Below, piece after piece: positions 39,963 to 53,646 of a DNA stretch of 64,000 bases. This DNA is from Octopus vulgaris. Taxonomy: Eukaryota. Numbering within the stretch: the stretch's first letter is position 1; each line of letters opens with the position of its first letter. Location: contig OX597816.1 of the NCBI GenBank assembly GCA_951406725.2, positions 4,340,001-4,404,000 of the forward strand. Reading direction: 5' to 3'. A program made the position numbers and the translations under genes. The notes under the pieces are model-generated. The model searched no databases and was not told the origin of the DNA. It saw only the letters and a list, made by a program, of their open reading frames with translations.

Positions 39963-41525
39963 TTAAGTTGTTCCGAAAATAATGGCCGATTTCACAAACA
40001 TAATTTTATTCTGGAAAAATTAACAATAGAAATGTTTTGATTATTCAAAGTATGAGCCGTGAACATCTATGCATCTCTGCCATCGATCAACGAGAATATT
40101 TATGCCTCGTTGATAAAAACTTATTGGCTTTGATGCTAAGAAATCTTTGAAAGCTTTTTCCACTTCTGGTTTGGACCTGAAAGTTTTATCATTTAAAAAC
40201 GTGTTTAATTGCTTTAAAAATGGTGATCAGTGGATGGAAGATCAGGAGAATAGCGAGGATGTGGTAAAATCTAGTATCCCAAGTGAGTGAGTTTCTGCAG
40301 TGTCATTCTTGCAACATGTGGCTTTGCATTATCGTGGAGCAGAATTGAGCCACGCCAATTCACCAATGCAGGTCTCATTTTTTGCAAGTGAGCATGCATT
40401 TCAGCAAGTTGATTGCTGAAATCTTTTGCTGTAATGCTCTGATTGGTTTGTATAATGCTGTAATGTTCTGATTGACTTCCAGAAAGCTGTAATGTACAGT
40501 ACGAAATGCAGACTACCAGACAGTCACCATAATATTTTGCTGATGCAACTTTGGCTTTTGGAAATGTTTGGGAATTCAAAACGATCAAACCATTGACCTG
40601 ATCGTTTACGGTTATCATAAAAGGATCTGTTTTTCGTCACAAATGATTATTCGGTCAAGAAAAAGATCATCGATGTTTCGCAGAAAAGAGCTTCGAGCAC
40701 ACTTCAAAACACCGAACTTTTTCATTTTCATTGAACTCATGCAGCACCCATTTATCAAGCTTTTTCACCTCACCAATCTTCTGCAGATTGCGCGAAACCG
40801 TTGCAATACCAACACCAAGTGCCTGAGACATTTCTCTGACACTGTGACGTGGGTTTTGTTTAACTATTGCTTTCAATTGTTCACTCTCAAGACTGCATGA
40901 CCATCCTTTATATTCTTCGTCTTCAAGGTTCTCATCACCACTGCTGAATTTCTGAAACTACCTTCGTACTGTGCGATCACTTGTGGACCCTTATCCCCAT
41001 GCTCTGTTGATATCAGCAGCAGTTTGGGAAGCATTGTGCCCAGGCTTGAACTCATGCAAGAAAAGGAAGCGATGGTCCTTTTTTGTCATGTCCGTAATTA
41101 AGTGCTCCTATACTTCAAGAATGTTTTCTGTCTGAAATAAGTGGAAAATTATTAAAGAGCATACATCACTTGAGACATGGCCGACCTCATGCACTTCTCA
41201 TGAGGAATTCCGGAAGATGCTTCGTGAGACCACTGCTGGGATGCTTCCTGAAAAGAATCCGTTGGAAAACCGATTATAGCAACAACTGCATTTAAGAATA
41301 TCTGAAGAAGGAATTGTATTCCGAAATATTATCAGACAATGGATGACTAAATTACAACAGGTATATAGCCCCTTGTATTATGGGGCATTGTTGTACAATT
41401 CAAAACTTTTTATTCTTTTCACTTAAAAAGTATGTCGAAATTCACTTAAAATATAATTAAAATACTATAAAATTGCGTTTCAAAATACAACACTTAAAGC
41501 GGCCATTATTTTCGGAACAACCAAA
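39963..41525 (-). mobile_element. Full-length but decayed mariner (Hsmar1/cecropia-like, DD34D)
   Basis: TIRs TTAAGTTGTTCCGAAAATAATGGCCGATTT / AAAGCGGCCATTATTTTCGGAACAACCAAA; KKLDKWVLHE, ICDEK, LLHDNAKPH, YSPDL, RWQRCID..GSYFE*; frameshifts and a stop. Confidence 0.9.
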
Positions 41526-41749
41526 TATATTGATTAATGCCCGGTCACTTGTCAGTCTTGTACCATTACATGAATGTCATTATGTTTGTCACAATTCTGC
41601 TTTCTCTATGATAAGTTTTATTCTTCCTAGTCTCAGTAACTTACAAGGCGAAGTAGATAATCCCTGATGAATCTTGACCGCGGAAACTAGTCGGTTCGAT
41701 CTTCACATCAATCTACCAAGAGGAACAACAGATCTAGTTTCGGTAAAAC

Positions 41750-42750
41750 ATGAAACATGTTCAATAAACACGTTCTTTCGAAATGCACAACGAAGCTGAG
41801 TAGCAAAAACAACTTCGTTTGACGAATAAAAGTATCTAAAAACATGAGATAAGGCTTGTGATACAAACTTCTAATGACAGAAAGAAACCATCACGTTCGC
41901 TTTTACTGAAGAAAGTCACTAGAAGTAACAGACCAACAATATCCAAACGCCATTGGAAATTTCTTGAAGGAATCCAGAAATTTTAGCTTGGATTTTACCC
42001 AAATGTTCCACTTATGAAAGAAAACCATATCTGGTAGAAATAAATATGTTTACTGAAAAGAACTGTAATTTCGTCAAAAACTGTTTTCTAATGAATCAAA
42101 ATATTATCTCTTCGCAGACAACCTACAATTTGCGGCTGAAAAAATCTACACAAAAGTTTTTAAAAATTGCCAGCAATAATCAATAAAAATAGTGAATATG
42201 GTTACATAACAACGCGGATATTTCACCAGACGAAGGAATTTCACAATTGCTCTTCTACACGAAATAAATATTGAATAGAATACTGAAGAAATATCATTCT
42301 ATAGATTTTACACAGACCTTCACGACATGGGAATTCTCTCAATCTTATACTGGGAATATGATAACGCAACGACTGATTGTGGCAAATTAGACAAATTTGA
42401 TTCTGAAATTAGAAAATAATATTTTTATTGTTCTCAACAATCTCCAAGCTGACCCTAAAGAAAATTTATAACCGATTTATTGAGTGGAAGCAGAGTTAGA
42501 AGACGTTTTTTCCGACACTTTAGAATAATGATACAAAATTATAGCTACTTTACTGAAACCGCTCGCAGACTGTGAGATTAAAATTATTTATTAAAAACTT
42601 GAAGCTAATCATGCCAAAAGCACCGATTATTAATTTTTGCAATGTATAAGAATATGTGATTACTGTTTTTGTCTTTTCTTTCCATGTCTGAAAGCAATAA
42701 ATGATTCGCTTTGCATTGCAATGAACAATTTTTTATAAATGCTTAGAATT
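41750..42750 (+). pseudogene. Possible ancient APE-type LINE remnant
   Basis: Weak similarity near 42590-42690 to the I..L...KA.G.D...LK.C region that precedes RT; heavily degraded. Confidence 0.25.
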
Positions 42751-42959
42751 TTGCAGTTGTTGTGTAATTTTAATGTTAAGGATATACAGATTGGTTAATG
42801 TGTGTGTCAGGGTATGTAATCACCTTCCATTGTGGGAAAACAAACGATACACCTGATTGCTACCACCTTTCCCGGTATGTATATATATATATATATTGAT
42901 ACATTGATAGAAAGAGAGTGAGAGAAAGAGAGAGAGAGAGACAGATACGCATGCATATG

Positions 42960-43002
<43 letters not shown>

Positions 43003-43003
43003 G

Positions 43004-43229
43004 TTATTTAAAGCAGCAGAAAATTCTACAAAACCTGTTACTCTGAGTTTCACGTTGCCGTTCATCTGACAGTTTTTTCTAGCAAAAACTGTCAGATGAA
43101 CGGCAACGTGAAACTCAGAGTAACAGGTTTTGTAGAATTTTCTGCTACTTTAAATAAAGCACATTACTCTACCACTGGTATTTGAGTACTCTTTTTTTCC
43201 ACCTTGTTTCACATTTATGTGTTTACTCC

Positions 43230-43231
<2 letters not shown>
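43004..43231 (+). mobile_element. Miniature fold-back insert (74-bp arms) with a hammerhead-like motif, in (TA)n
   Basis: 43004-43077 vs 43084-43157 inverted with 1 mismatch; CTGT-CAGATGA-ACG gcaa CGT-GAAACTCAGAGTA-ACAG. Confidence 0.75.
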
Positions 43232-43266
<35 letters not shown>

Positions 43267-43274
43267 TTGCATAC

Positions 43275-44113
43275 ATGGGCATAGGGCATCAACAACGGTA
43301 CAAATAACATGAAATACGTAAAGAACGAGAAAAAATGGAAAACAGGACAAGGGACAAGTAAATACTGAGAAAGGACCCTATCTAGTCCTCATTTTGAGCA
43401 TTCAACGAAAATATGAGTCTTCAAAGACAGTTCCTCCCATAAATTCTAAATTAAAATTTAGGATTTATGGAGGGTCAAAATTGGGAACAAAAACAGGACA
43501 GTGGAGACATTCAAGGAAATAGAGCGAAAACAAACATGGAGGGTCGTTAGAGCAGAATGAGGGGAAAATAGTGAAAGGAGAAAAGATAGAAGAGCGAGAG
43601 AAAAAGGAACAAAGATAGAAGAGAGAAAGAAAATAAAACAAGTTCATTCTTTTGAACGTTCGTGCAGGAAAAGAAAGATGGACGATAGTCACGTGTGAGC
43701 AACGAGAGAGAGGGTGATGAAAAGAGATAGAGGGGAGACAGACAGGCATAAACGGTAAAGGAAGGAAGGGGAAATAGAATTAGAGAAGGATGCAGGGAGA
43801 AAACAGTATAGAGTAGAGAGTCGCATCAAAAAGGAGATGATAAACTTACTTGGAAATGGATGCGTCGCGTTCATTTAAATAATAAATAGTAAATAATATA
43901 TAATATATAATATATAATATATACATATACATATATATATAGGCAAACATACATATATGGGTACGGGACATCACCGACGGTGCAACTAACATTAAATAAA
44001 TAAACAACGAGAAAAATTTGAAAATAGGACAAGTAAACACAGAGAAAGGATCCTTTATCAGTTGTCCACTTTCCTCTTTCACCATTTTCTATCTATCTCT
44101 CTTTCTCCCCTCT

Positions 44114-44144
<31 letters not shown>

Positions 44145-44480
44145 ATTGCTCACACGTGACCATCGTGCATCTTTCTTTTCGTCGAGTGACCATCTTTCTT
44201 TTCCTGCACAGATGTTCAAAAAGGGCGGACGTGTTTTTTTCTCTTTCTTCGATCTTTTCCCTTTTCAAAAAAATATTTCTCACAGCTTTCACTATTTTCC
44301 TCTCGTTCTGGTCTAACTGTCCTCCATGTTTGTTTCCGTTCGGTCCCCTTGAATGTGTCCGCTGTCACGTTTTTTTTCCCAACTTTGACAATACGAGGCT
44401 TTCAAGACTCATATTGTCGGTGAATGCTCGAAATGAGGAGTAGATAGACAGCCGACAACTGATGAAGGAACCCTAGTAAT
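43275..44480. repeat. Two diverged copies of one interspersed repeat, with their main blocks in opposite orientation
   Basis: About 43381-43720 is the imperfect reverse complement of about 44140-44447; 43285-43380 resembles 43965-44055 directly. Confidence 0.7.
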
Positions 44481-44540
44481 CCGTTACAGTACTTACCTAG
44501 CGTACCTAAGATCGCCTGTGAACTAAACCCCCATACTTTG

Positions 44541-44710
44541 TATGTGGTTGTATGGTAAGAAGCTTGCTTCCCAACCACATTGTTCAGGGTTCAGTCCTAC
44601 TCCATGGCACCTTGGGGGCTATGGAGTGTTTCTAGTATAGCGTCGGGCCGACCAAAGCCTTTAAGTGGATTTGGTAGACAGAAACTGAAAGAAGCTCGTC
44701 GTATATATGA

Positions 44711-44742
<32 letters not shown>

Positions 44743-44763
44743 ATGTGTGTGTGTGTGTGTGTG

Positions 44764-44794
<31 letters not shown>

Positions 44795-44985
44795 TGAGTG
44801 TATGTATGTGTATGTCCGTGTTTGTCGCCCCACCATCGTTTGACAAACGTAACTTAGCGTTTCGGCATAACAAACCGATAGAATAAGTAGTAGGTTTACA
44901 AAGAATAAGTTCTGGGGTTCATTTGTTCGACTAGAGGAGGTGCTCCAGCATGGCCGCAGTCGAATGACTGAAACAAATAAAAGAA
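44541..44985 (+). mobile_element. SINE family B, diverged
   Basis: Head, TG tract and tail all recognisable. Confidence 0.85.
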
Positions 44986-44994
44986 TACCTATAC

Positions 44995-45056
<62 letters not shown>

Positions 45057-45919
45057 CCATATATATATATATGTGTGTGTGTGTGTATATGTATCTATTT
45101 TATTAATTTGCCTGTACGGCTGCTACTCGCTTACCATCAGTGATGGTATTTTGATAATACTGTCTCTCATATATATATATATATATTGGGGGGTGTATGC
45201 ATGTATGTATGTATGTATGTATGTATGTATGTATGTATGTATGTATGTATGTATGTATGTATGTATGTATGTATGTACGTATGTATGTATGTATTCACAC
45301 TTCATGTATGCGGGTATGTGAAAGGATATGTATGTGTGTGAGTGAGGCTCACCTACAGATTTTTCTTTCTTAAACGGTTTATAAAAGTACATAAAAGCCG
45401 GACAATCCTAAATTACCTTTTTATAGTGACTGATTACAGTGTAGGATGGAGCCAAACGCTTTGTTACTACAGGAATGGGGCACTTTAGATCCCACTCGAG
45501 TAGATAGTTGACAAGCATAGAAAATGGTCATTCTTTATCCCTTCATCACACTATTATCTCTAAACGCTTAATTTCAATTTACTGACGTTGAAATTCAAGA
45601 TGCTGACAACACACTCATCATGAAGATAGAATTGTATTCTGTAGTCAACTGGAGAGGGTTTTTTTCGTTTTTGGTACCTTGTTTTCGTTTTCGTATTTTA
45701 TATATTGATCATACTTTTGTTTTGTCTCATTTTTTATGGGGTGAGTTTTGTCTGTAAATTGCTGGAAAGAGCAAACCGTTTTCTTTTTTTTTTTTTCTTT
45801 TCTTGCTTTTTGTATTAATTCTTATACTGAGTGAAATAAGAATTTGATTAAACGAAGGACTTATTCCAAATATGTTTACAAACACATATATCATCATCGT
45901 TGTTATTACTATTATTATT

Positions 45920-45965
<46 letters not shown>

Positions 45966-46891
45966 CTACTACTACCACCATATTTTGACTTTTTATTTAC
46001 GAAAGTTGAGTCAACTGGAGACTATTATGTTTTAAGTAAATTTGAATATTAAAAAGCCTAGCTCTGAGAGAATGTAAATATAGTCCTCCTCTGCTTTTGA
46101 CGTGCAGAAAAAGAGGGCACGTCTCTTGACAAAGGATTCACCATTTATTCATCACACCCCGAGGAAGGTGTACTTGGCTTCCTTCCCAAGTCAATGGAAC
46201 AGAATATTCAGGTGAGTATAAGACATTTGTAAATTAGATTCCAACGGTAGTGGTTAGCTTATTGCACATATCTGTGTTTTCATTGAAATGGTTGTAAGCA
46301 TTTTAACATCTGATGCTCAAAGCGAGAATTTTTCCTTCTCAGCAAACTGCAGTGAAAATGCCTCTTTACAGCTCAGATACGTCTCAAACATATTTAAACT
46401 TATCAAAGAGTTCTTTATTTCAAAACACTGTTTTGTACGCCTAAAATATGATTTTTATTCGAGTCTTGCGGCGAAGCACGTAGTCAATAATTACTTTCTG
46501 CTGATTGTTTATTAGGAAACCACAAGTCTCAAAGTCATTTCAGCTTCGCTTGCTGTCCCGTACTGGGGATAGTCAGAGAGTATGATATGCATTCGTTTGT
46601 CCAATACAGGCGCTCTGAAAAGATTGTCTGTATTTTAACACCTGGTTCCTACAGTCAGAATTTTCTCCACGTCAAATCGCAGTGAAATTGGCCGTTCTAA
46701 AGATCGAATATGTCCGTCCCAAACGCATTTCAATTTATCTAAGTATATACAAACACACGTACACACATACACACTCACATACACTCGCGCGCACGCACAC
46801 ACATGCATACAGACGTACACTCGTGCACACAACATACATGCACAAACATGCATGCACACATACATAACACATGGATACACACAAAAACATA

Positions 46892-46936
<45 letters not shown>

Positions 46937-46939
<3 letters not shown>

Positions 46940-47103
46940 GAGTGGCTGTGTGGTAAGTAGCTTGTTTACCAACCACATGGTTCCGAGTTCAGTCCCACTG
47001 CGTGGCATCTTGGGCAAGTGTCTTCTGCTATAGCCCCGGGCCGACCAATGCCTTGTGAGTGGATTTGGTAGACGGAAACTGAAAGAAGCCTGTCGTATAT
47101 GTG

Positions 47104-47136
<33 letters not shown>

Positions 47137-47347
47137 TTGTGTGTCTGTGTTTGTCCCCCTAGCATTGCTTGACAACCGATGCTGGTGTGTTTATGTCCCC
47201 GTTACTTAGCGGTTCGGCAAAAGAGACCGATAGAATAAGTACTGGGCTTACAAAAGAATAAGTCTCGGGGTCGAGTTGCTCGATTAAAGGCGGTGCTCCA
47301 GCATGGCCGCAGTCAAATGACTGAAACTAATAAGAGAGTAAGAGAGT
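46937..47347 (+). mobile_element. SINE family B, near full length
   Basis: Near-identical to the 16682 copy. Confidence 0.92.
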
Positions 47348-47582
47348 ATATTCATGCATACACATATACATACATACACACATGCATACTTAAACACATG
47401 CATATATACATATGTACATATATACATACATACTTACATACATAAAGCAAAACATACAAATCTGCATATATACATACAAACATACGTACAAGCAAAAATA
47501 CTCTGAAAGAGCCTTAGATCTAGATTAGAAACCGGTTCTTTCTCTATTGGCAAGAAATCTTGAAATAAAACTGAACAATGAG

Positions 47583-48400
47583 ACATACATACATACATAC
47601 ATACATACATACATACATACATACATACATACATACATACATACACACATACATACATACATACATACATACATACATACATACATACATACATACATAC
47701 ATACATACATACATACATACATACACACATACATACATACATACATACATACATACATACATACATACATACATACATACATACATACACATGCATACAT
47801 ACATACATACATACATACATACATACATACATACATACATACATACATACATACATACATACATACATACATACATACATACATACATACATACATACAT
47901 ACATACATACAAATACATACATACATACATACATACATACATACATACATACATACATACATACATACATACATACATACATACATACATACATACATAC
48001 ATACATACATACATACATACATACATACATACATACATACATACATACATACATACATACATACATACATACATACATACATACATACGACATACATACA
48101 TACATACATACATACATACATACATACATACATACATACATACATACATACATACATACATACATACATACATACATACATACATACATACATACATACA
48201 TACATACATACATACATACATACATACATACATACATGCATACATACATACATACATACATACATACATACATACATACATACATACATACATACATACA
48301 TACATACATACATACATACACATACATACATACATACATACATACATACATACATACATACATACATACATACATACATACATACATACACACACACACA
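47583..48400. repeat. (TACA)n microsatellite of about 810 bp
   Basis: Directly visible, with few interruptions. Confidence 0.98.
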
Positions 48401-48479
48401 CGTACGCATATACAACAATAAATCTTGTCCTTGTTCACATGTACGAAATATTATCCACAATGGTGTACCTGTTGTCTAT

Positions 48480-48900
48480 CTTAAGAATCTTTGGCAGAAA
48501 AAAACAGGTTACGAAAATCTTATTTAATTGAAACTTCGCGAAGCATTAGTGTATCCATTTTCCATGCAGGAATATGCAAATGGAGTCTTTCATTTGTAAT
48601 TTCTCTAAGATGATGGCTACGTCTGAAAGGGTTTTTAGATTAGTGTCTTTGGAACTGAAAAGAAGCTGGACTGACAAAGACCTTAGTATTCACAGGTGTT
48701 AATAGTTTTTAGAGAAAAGAATCAAATGCACTACACGGAAAAAACAATGACCAGAAGAAATTGCAGACGACACTACAACCTCCATACTAGAGTTGGCCAC
48801 GATAATAGTTGTGGCTTGATATTACAAACAGCTCGTGTTGAGTATTCTAAGTGCCAAACGGATTTGAGGCCCAGATTTATAAACGAGACCTAATGACACA
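48480..48900 (+). pseudogene. Possible degenerate RTE LINE C-terminal remnant
   Basis: Weak KLREALVYP.., SWTDK and VGHD..LILQ pattern. Confidence 0.3.
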
Positions 48901-48947
48901 ATGTGCGACATTAAGAACGGCAACTATGGTTTAGTAAATTTGATGAA

Positions 48948-49184
48948 TACCTATTTCTTTACTACCCACAAGGGGCTAAACACAGAGGGGACAAACAAGG
49001 ACAGACAAACGGATTAAGTCGATTGCATCGACCCCAGTGCGTAACTGGTACTTAATTTATCGACCCCGAAAGGATGAAAGGCAAAGTCGACCTCGGTGGA
49101 ATTTGAACTCAGGACGTAGCGGCAGACAAAACACCGCTAAGCATTTCGCCCGACATGCTAACGGTTCTGCCAGCTCACTGCCTT
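48948..49184 (-). mobile_element. SINE family A
   Basis: Full reverse-complement copy. Confidence 0.92.
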
Positions 49185-49737
49185 CATTTTCAATATATCT
49201 TTTATCTTTTACTTGTATCGTCCACTGGACTGCGGCCATGCTGGGGTACTGGCGTGAAGCACATATGGAACACCTAATAAGTTTGCCAGACATCATCTCG
49301 CATAGGCCGTGCTAATTTTCTTTATAATCTTCCAATTTTCGTATATGTAATATCAGAAAATACATTCCAATTCCCCCCTTTCTCTCTCTCTCTCTCTCTC
49401 TCTCTTGTGAGTGTGTGTGTGTATGTCTGTGTGCGTGCATCGTGCGTGTGTGTGCGAAAGTATTTATGTGTATGTCTGCATACCATTCCCAAACAGTATA
49501 TTTCATTTATTATCCGTGAAACTTAAGAATTTCAGTATAAATAAAACGCCATTGTTTCGTGCCAAATTGTATCTTACAGTAATTAATCATCGAATCATTA
49601 TTTTTTAATTGACAACAAAACCGTTCTTCAGTAAATTAACTTTATTCTAATCGGAAACAAATGTTATACGATACAGCCAATAGGATATAACAAGCTATTA
49701 ATACTGTTCGTTGATGATTATATTTATCCATATTATT

Positions 49738-49850
<113 letters not shown>

Positions 49851-50192
49851 AAAACTCCTTTGTGTATTAATATACGTTATGATTTGATTCAGTGATATAA
49901 AATTCAGATATTTTCTCAATTAAATATTAAGCCACAACTTTTTGCCATATAGAATAGAAAATTAAGATTACCTTTAATTAATGTTCGGTAACAAGTGCAG
50001 AAACGTTGTGGGATACAGGTGGCAGCTCCTCCCTTATCGTTAATTTAAAGAAAATATTTAAAATATTTAAAATGTACATATAAATATGATACACTAAGAC
50101 TTGAAATAATTAATCGATCCATCTGTGTACCACACTTAATGCATATACACCCCTGAAAGATATGATGCCGTGTTTTTATCTAAGAGAAAATC

Positions 50193-50260
<68 letters not shown>

Positions 50261-50639
50261 AATGCATGTTTCAAAAAAAGATGGGTAAATGTAGCAAGGA
50301 TGGCACGTATGAATGACGAAGCCCCCTTGAGCATAATCCTATGAACCCGGAAAAATTTTAAACAGACGGTTACCTACTTGCAAACAAAATGTGGTAAGAT
50401 GTAACATTATTGACCGAGGTTACCGTGGTTTTTTTCCGTAGGCTTTTCTTTCCACGGATAAACCTTCTCTGCTTCCCCTTTACACTTTACATCATGACAT
50501 TTCTGTGATACACGATCCCTATTGATTGTTTTTTTCTTTTTCTTTTTTTGCTTTCCCCTTTTTTTCTCCCCCAAAAGAAAAGCTCTACTTTGTAATCTGT
50601 CCCGTCTGTGTGCAGCCCTGTGTGGCTAATAAAGAAACA
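50261..50639 (+). mobile_element. Second copy (3' end) of the Tx1-like LINE, directly after (TATC)n
   Basis: Homologous to the reverse complement of 20856-21400 (CFKKRWVNVARMARMNDEAPLSIIL*, 3'UTR, AATAAAGAAAC). Confidence 0.88.
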
Positions 50640-50644
50640 TCTCT

Positions 50645-50715
<71 letters not shown>

Positions 50716-50726
<11 letters not shown>

Positions 50727-51238
50727 AAAAATGAAGTTCGAAAATGCTGCTGTATTATACAATTTTTAATTTTTATATATACATTATAACATGTTTCAGT
50801 TCCTGAAATGAACCTTATCAAAAAAAGTTATATATAAAAAAAGACAGCTCATGCCGTCAAACACAAGAAATTCATTTATAATACACAACGGAGTCAGACA
50901 TCTTAGAGTTCATGTATAGTTGATATATAGTTCATGTATAGTTGATATATAGTTTGAAGTATATGTTCAAAGTGTTCGATGCAGTGGCCCACGGTGGCGA
51001 TACGTATTCAATACAAAAAACAGATCAGAGTGGTGGAAAGCGGTCAATATAGAAGATTGATGTTTCCGAAAGAGCGAGGAATTCATTTTTACCTTAAGCA
51101 ATTGTGATGACCCATGGTGGATGTTCTTTTTTTGATAAGGTTCATTTCAGGAACTGAAACATGTTATAATGTATATATAAAAATTAAAAATTGTATAATA
51201 CAGCAGCATTTTCGAACTTCATTTTTTACAAATATATA
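50716..51238. mobile_element. Fold-back insert with arms of about 110 bp and a degenerate hammerhead motif, in (TA)n
   Basis: 50716-50827 vs 51126-51238 inverted and nearly identical; TTGATAA-GGTTC..GAACT-GAAACATGTT. Confidence 0.7.
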
Positions 51239-51269
51239 CCTACTCGTATACGAGCTAATCCTATTATGA

Positions 51270-51310
<41 letters not shown>

Positions 51311-51315
51311 AAATA

Positions 51316-52015
51316 TGTACAATTACTCAATAGTCAAGATAAAACTCTGAGTTTCAGATGCCGAAGTGGAAATCCACAACACCATCTCTTCGGTTATCTG
51401 GCCATCTGAAAAAACGCTATAAAAAAATACCTATTTCTTTATTACCCACAAGGGGCTGAACATAGAGGGGACAAACATGGACAGACATAGGTATTAAGTC
51501 GATTATATCGACCCCAGTGCTTAACTGGTACTTAATTTATCGACCCCGAAAGGATGAAAGGCAAAGTCGACCTCGGCGGAATTTGAACTCACAACGTAAC
51601 GGCAGACGAAATACCGCTAAGCATTTCGCCCGACGTGCTAACGATTCTGCTAGCTCGCCGCCTAAAAAAATACCGTTATATAAAGGGAAATTACTGTGTT
51701 ATAATTCTGCTACTTATATAAAATAAGATTAAAATTTCATAGTAAAACACGGCTAGTCATTTTAATCTTATTTTATATAAGTAGCAGAATTATAACACAG
51801 TAATTTCCCTTTATATAACGGTATTTTTTCATAGCGTTTTTTCAGATGGCCAGATAACCGAAGAGATGGTGTTGTGGATTTCCACTTCGGCATCTGAAAC
51901 TAAGAGTTTTATCTTGACTATTGAGTAATTGTACACATTATTTTATAGATAAATTTCCTCTACTTTACATAATATTGAGGTCTCTTTCTTTCTTTTGTTA
52001 TCTTACCGTTTTTTA

Positions 52016-52020
<5 letters not shown>
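51316..52020. mobile_element. Fold-back insert with arms of about 175 bp and a hammerhead-like motif; left arm interrupted by a SINE A
   Basis: 51316-51431 plus 51675-51735 is the inverse of 51759-51935; AGATAA-CCGAAGA-GATG...CATCt-GAAACT(C/A)AGAGTT-TTATCT. Confidence 0.75.
51432..51662 (-). mobile_element. SINE family A with target-site duplication
   Basis: Flanked by TAAAAAAATACC at about 51420-51431 and 51663-51674. Confidence 0.92.
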
Positions 52021-52056
<36 letters not shown>

Positions 52057-52329
52057 CATTCATAGTTTGACCTCTACTTGTACCTATAATTGCTCGTTCT
52101 TAGAGATCTTAAAGGACATTTGAGCCCTAAAAGGCATTTGAAGACAAATACTGCTACAATGTCTCATTTCTGCATTAAATCAATTTTCCACTTGTTTATT
52201 CTGAATGTTCGAATGTCGCTTCAATCTTCCACGTGACTTGCAGGCTTTTTGATAGACTTTGCATTGAAACTGGTCGCCTGGAATAAAATTCTAATGGTTC
52301 GTGCATACCTTACCCCTGTGGGCATGATG

Positions 52330-52800
52330 GTGCGATCTCATACCATTGTGAGGTATGCATATTTTTATGCATAAAGAACACTTAAAGAAGGAAGGACAAA
52401 CTTCCACAATGCTTTTGATAACAATCTCACGTTTACACAATTTTGCTTTCATTTTAAGCTAAACTCTGTCAACTTCAAAATCTTGTACACCGCTCGAAAT
52501 CGTTGCTCTCCACGCTTGTCTATCTGCCGCAAGTGATTCAACGCGTAACTTAAGGCACATCAGATTTGATTTTAAAGCGTCTTTATATCTTTTCTTCGGC
52601 TTTCTATTTTGTTCTCTTTCCCAGAATTTATTTAAGAATGCACTCATCATCCATACAAATGAGGTGTCCTGTCCTTCGTGGGTGATTCTTCCAAATAATC
52701 AATCTTTAGTCAATTAGACCTAAAATACTGATTTTGTGGCCTAATGAGTTTATTTTCTAAATGTATCGAGAGTGCGATAATTAGATCTCAAAAGCATTGT
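52330..52800 (-). pseudogene. RTE/BovB-like LINE C-terminal remnant
   Basis: KPKKRYKDALKSNL...ESLAADRQAWRATISSGVQDFE..R followed by a CxxC. Confidence 0.7.
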
Positions 52801-52849
52801 TACAACTAATCTGTTAAAAATCGACTTTTCTAGATGTTTCCCAAGATTG

Positions 52850-53645
52850 AAACTCCCGCACTAATAAACGAGAAGCTCTCCTATATACACAAGAAGTCCT
52901 GTCACCCCCACTCCATAGTGTTCAAAAACGTAATTGCTAACATCAGTAACTGGATATTTAATTTTTCCTCTTCAAAACAATATCTGATAAGGCAGCCCCC
53001 TATTACAAAAACGCCCTATCTAACAGCGGCTTCAATGATAAGATATATTAAACCTTTCAATCAAAGTTATGAATTTTATAAAATAGACCAAAAATAAACG
53101 AAGGAAAATAATATGTTTCGTCCCATCGCTTCTCCCTAAATGTTAAAACTAAAGTAAGAAATTCTTGTCTCTTTTTATTAAACATTTCGCAGTAAACCAT
53201 AATTACAGGAAGATCATTAATAAGCGCTTGGTTGCTATATCATGCAGCTGTTGCCCAGTGGGAAAAAATTATCCCTCATAAGCGTCACCAAGAGCCCACA
53301 CTCATTTGTAATTGTCGAGACCATGAGACTTGCCCACTTGACTAGGCGTGCATGATAAATTCTGCCATCTATGAAGGAGAAGTCACAGCAACGCTTCAAG
53401 AGGACCTAGTTGAAAAGAAGAATTACATCGGGTTATACGAAGGCAATTTCAAAAGACGATATGCAAACCACCAGTCTTCTTTCAGGAATATCGACAAAAA
53501 TAAGCCACTATGTTGGTTAGCCAGGTATAAGGTTTGAAGGCCAACGGCACAACACATACAATCAAGTGGAGAATCGTTGATAAATCCATACTAAATGTAA
53601 ATGGATCAAAGAAATGCAACCTATTCGTAACTGGAAGATGTTATA
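52850..53645 (+). pseudogene. Penelope-like (Naiad-type) thumb plus GIY-YIG endonuclease remnant
   Basis: YIHKKSCHP, KAAPYYKNALSNSGF, CNCRDHETCPL, IYEGEV...YIGLYEGNFKRRYANHQSSFR, IKWRIVDK...KKCNL; frameshifts. Confidence 0.85.
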
Positions 53646-53646
53646 T

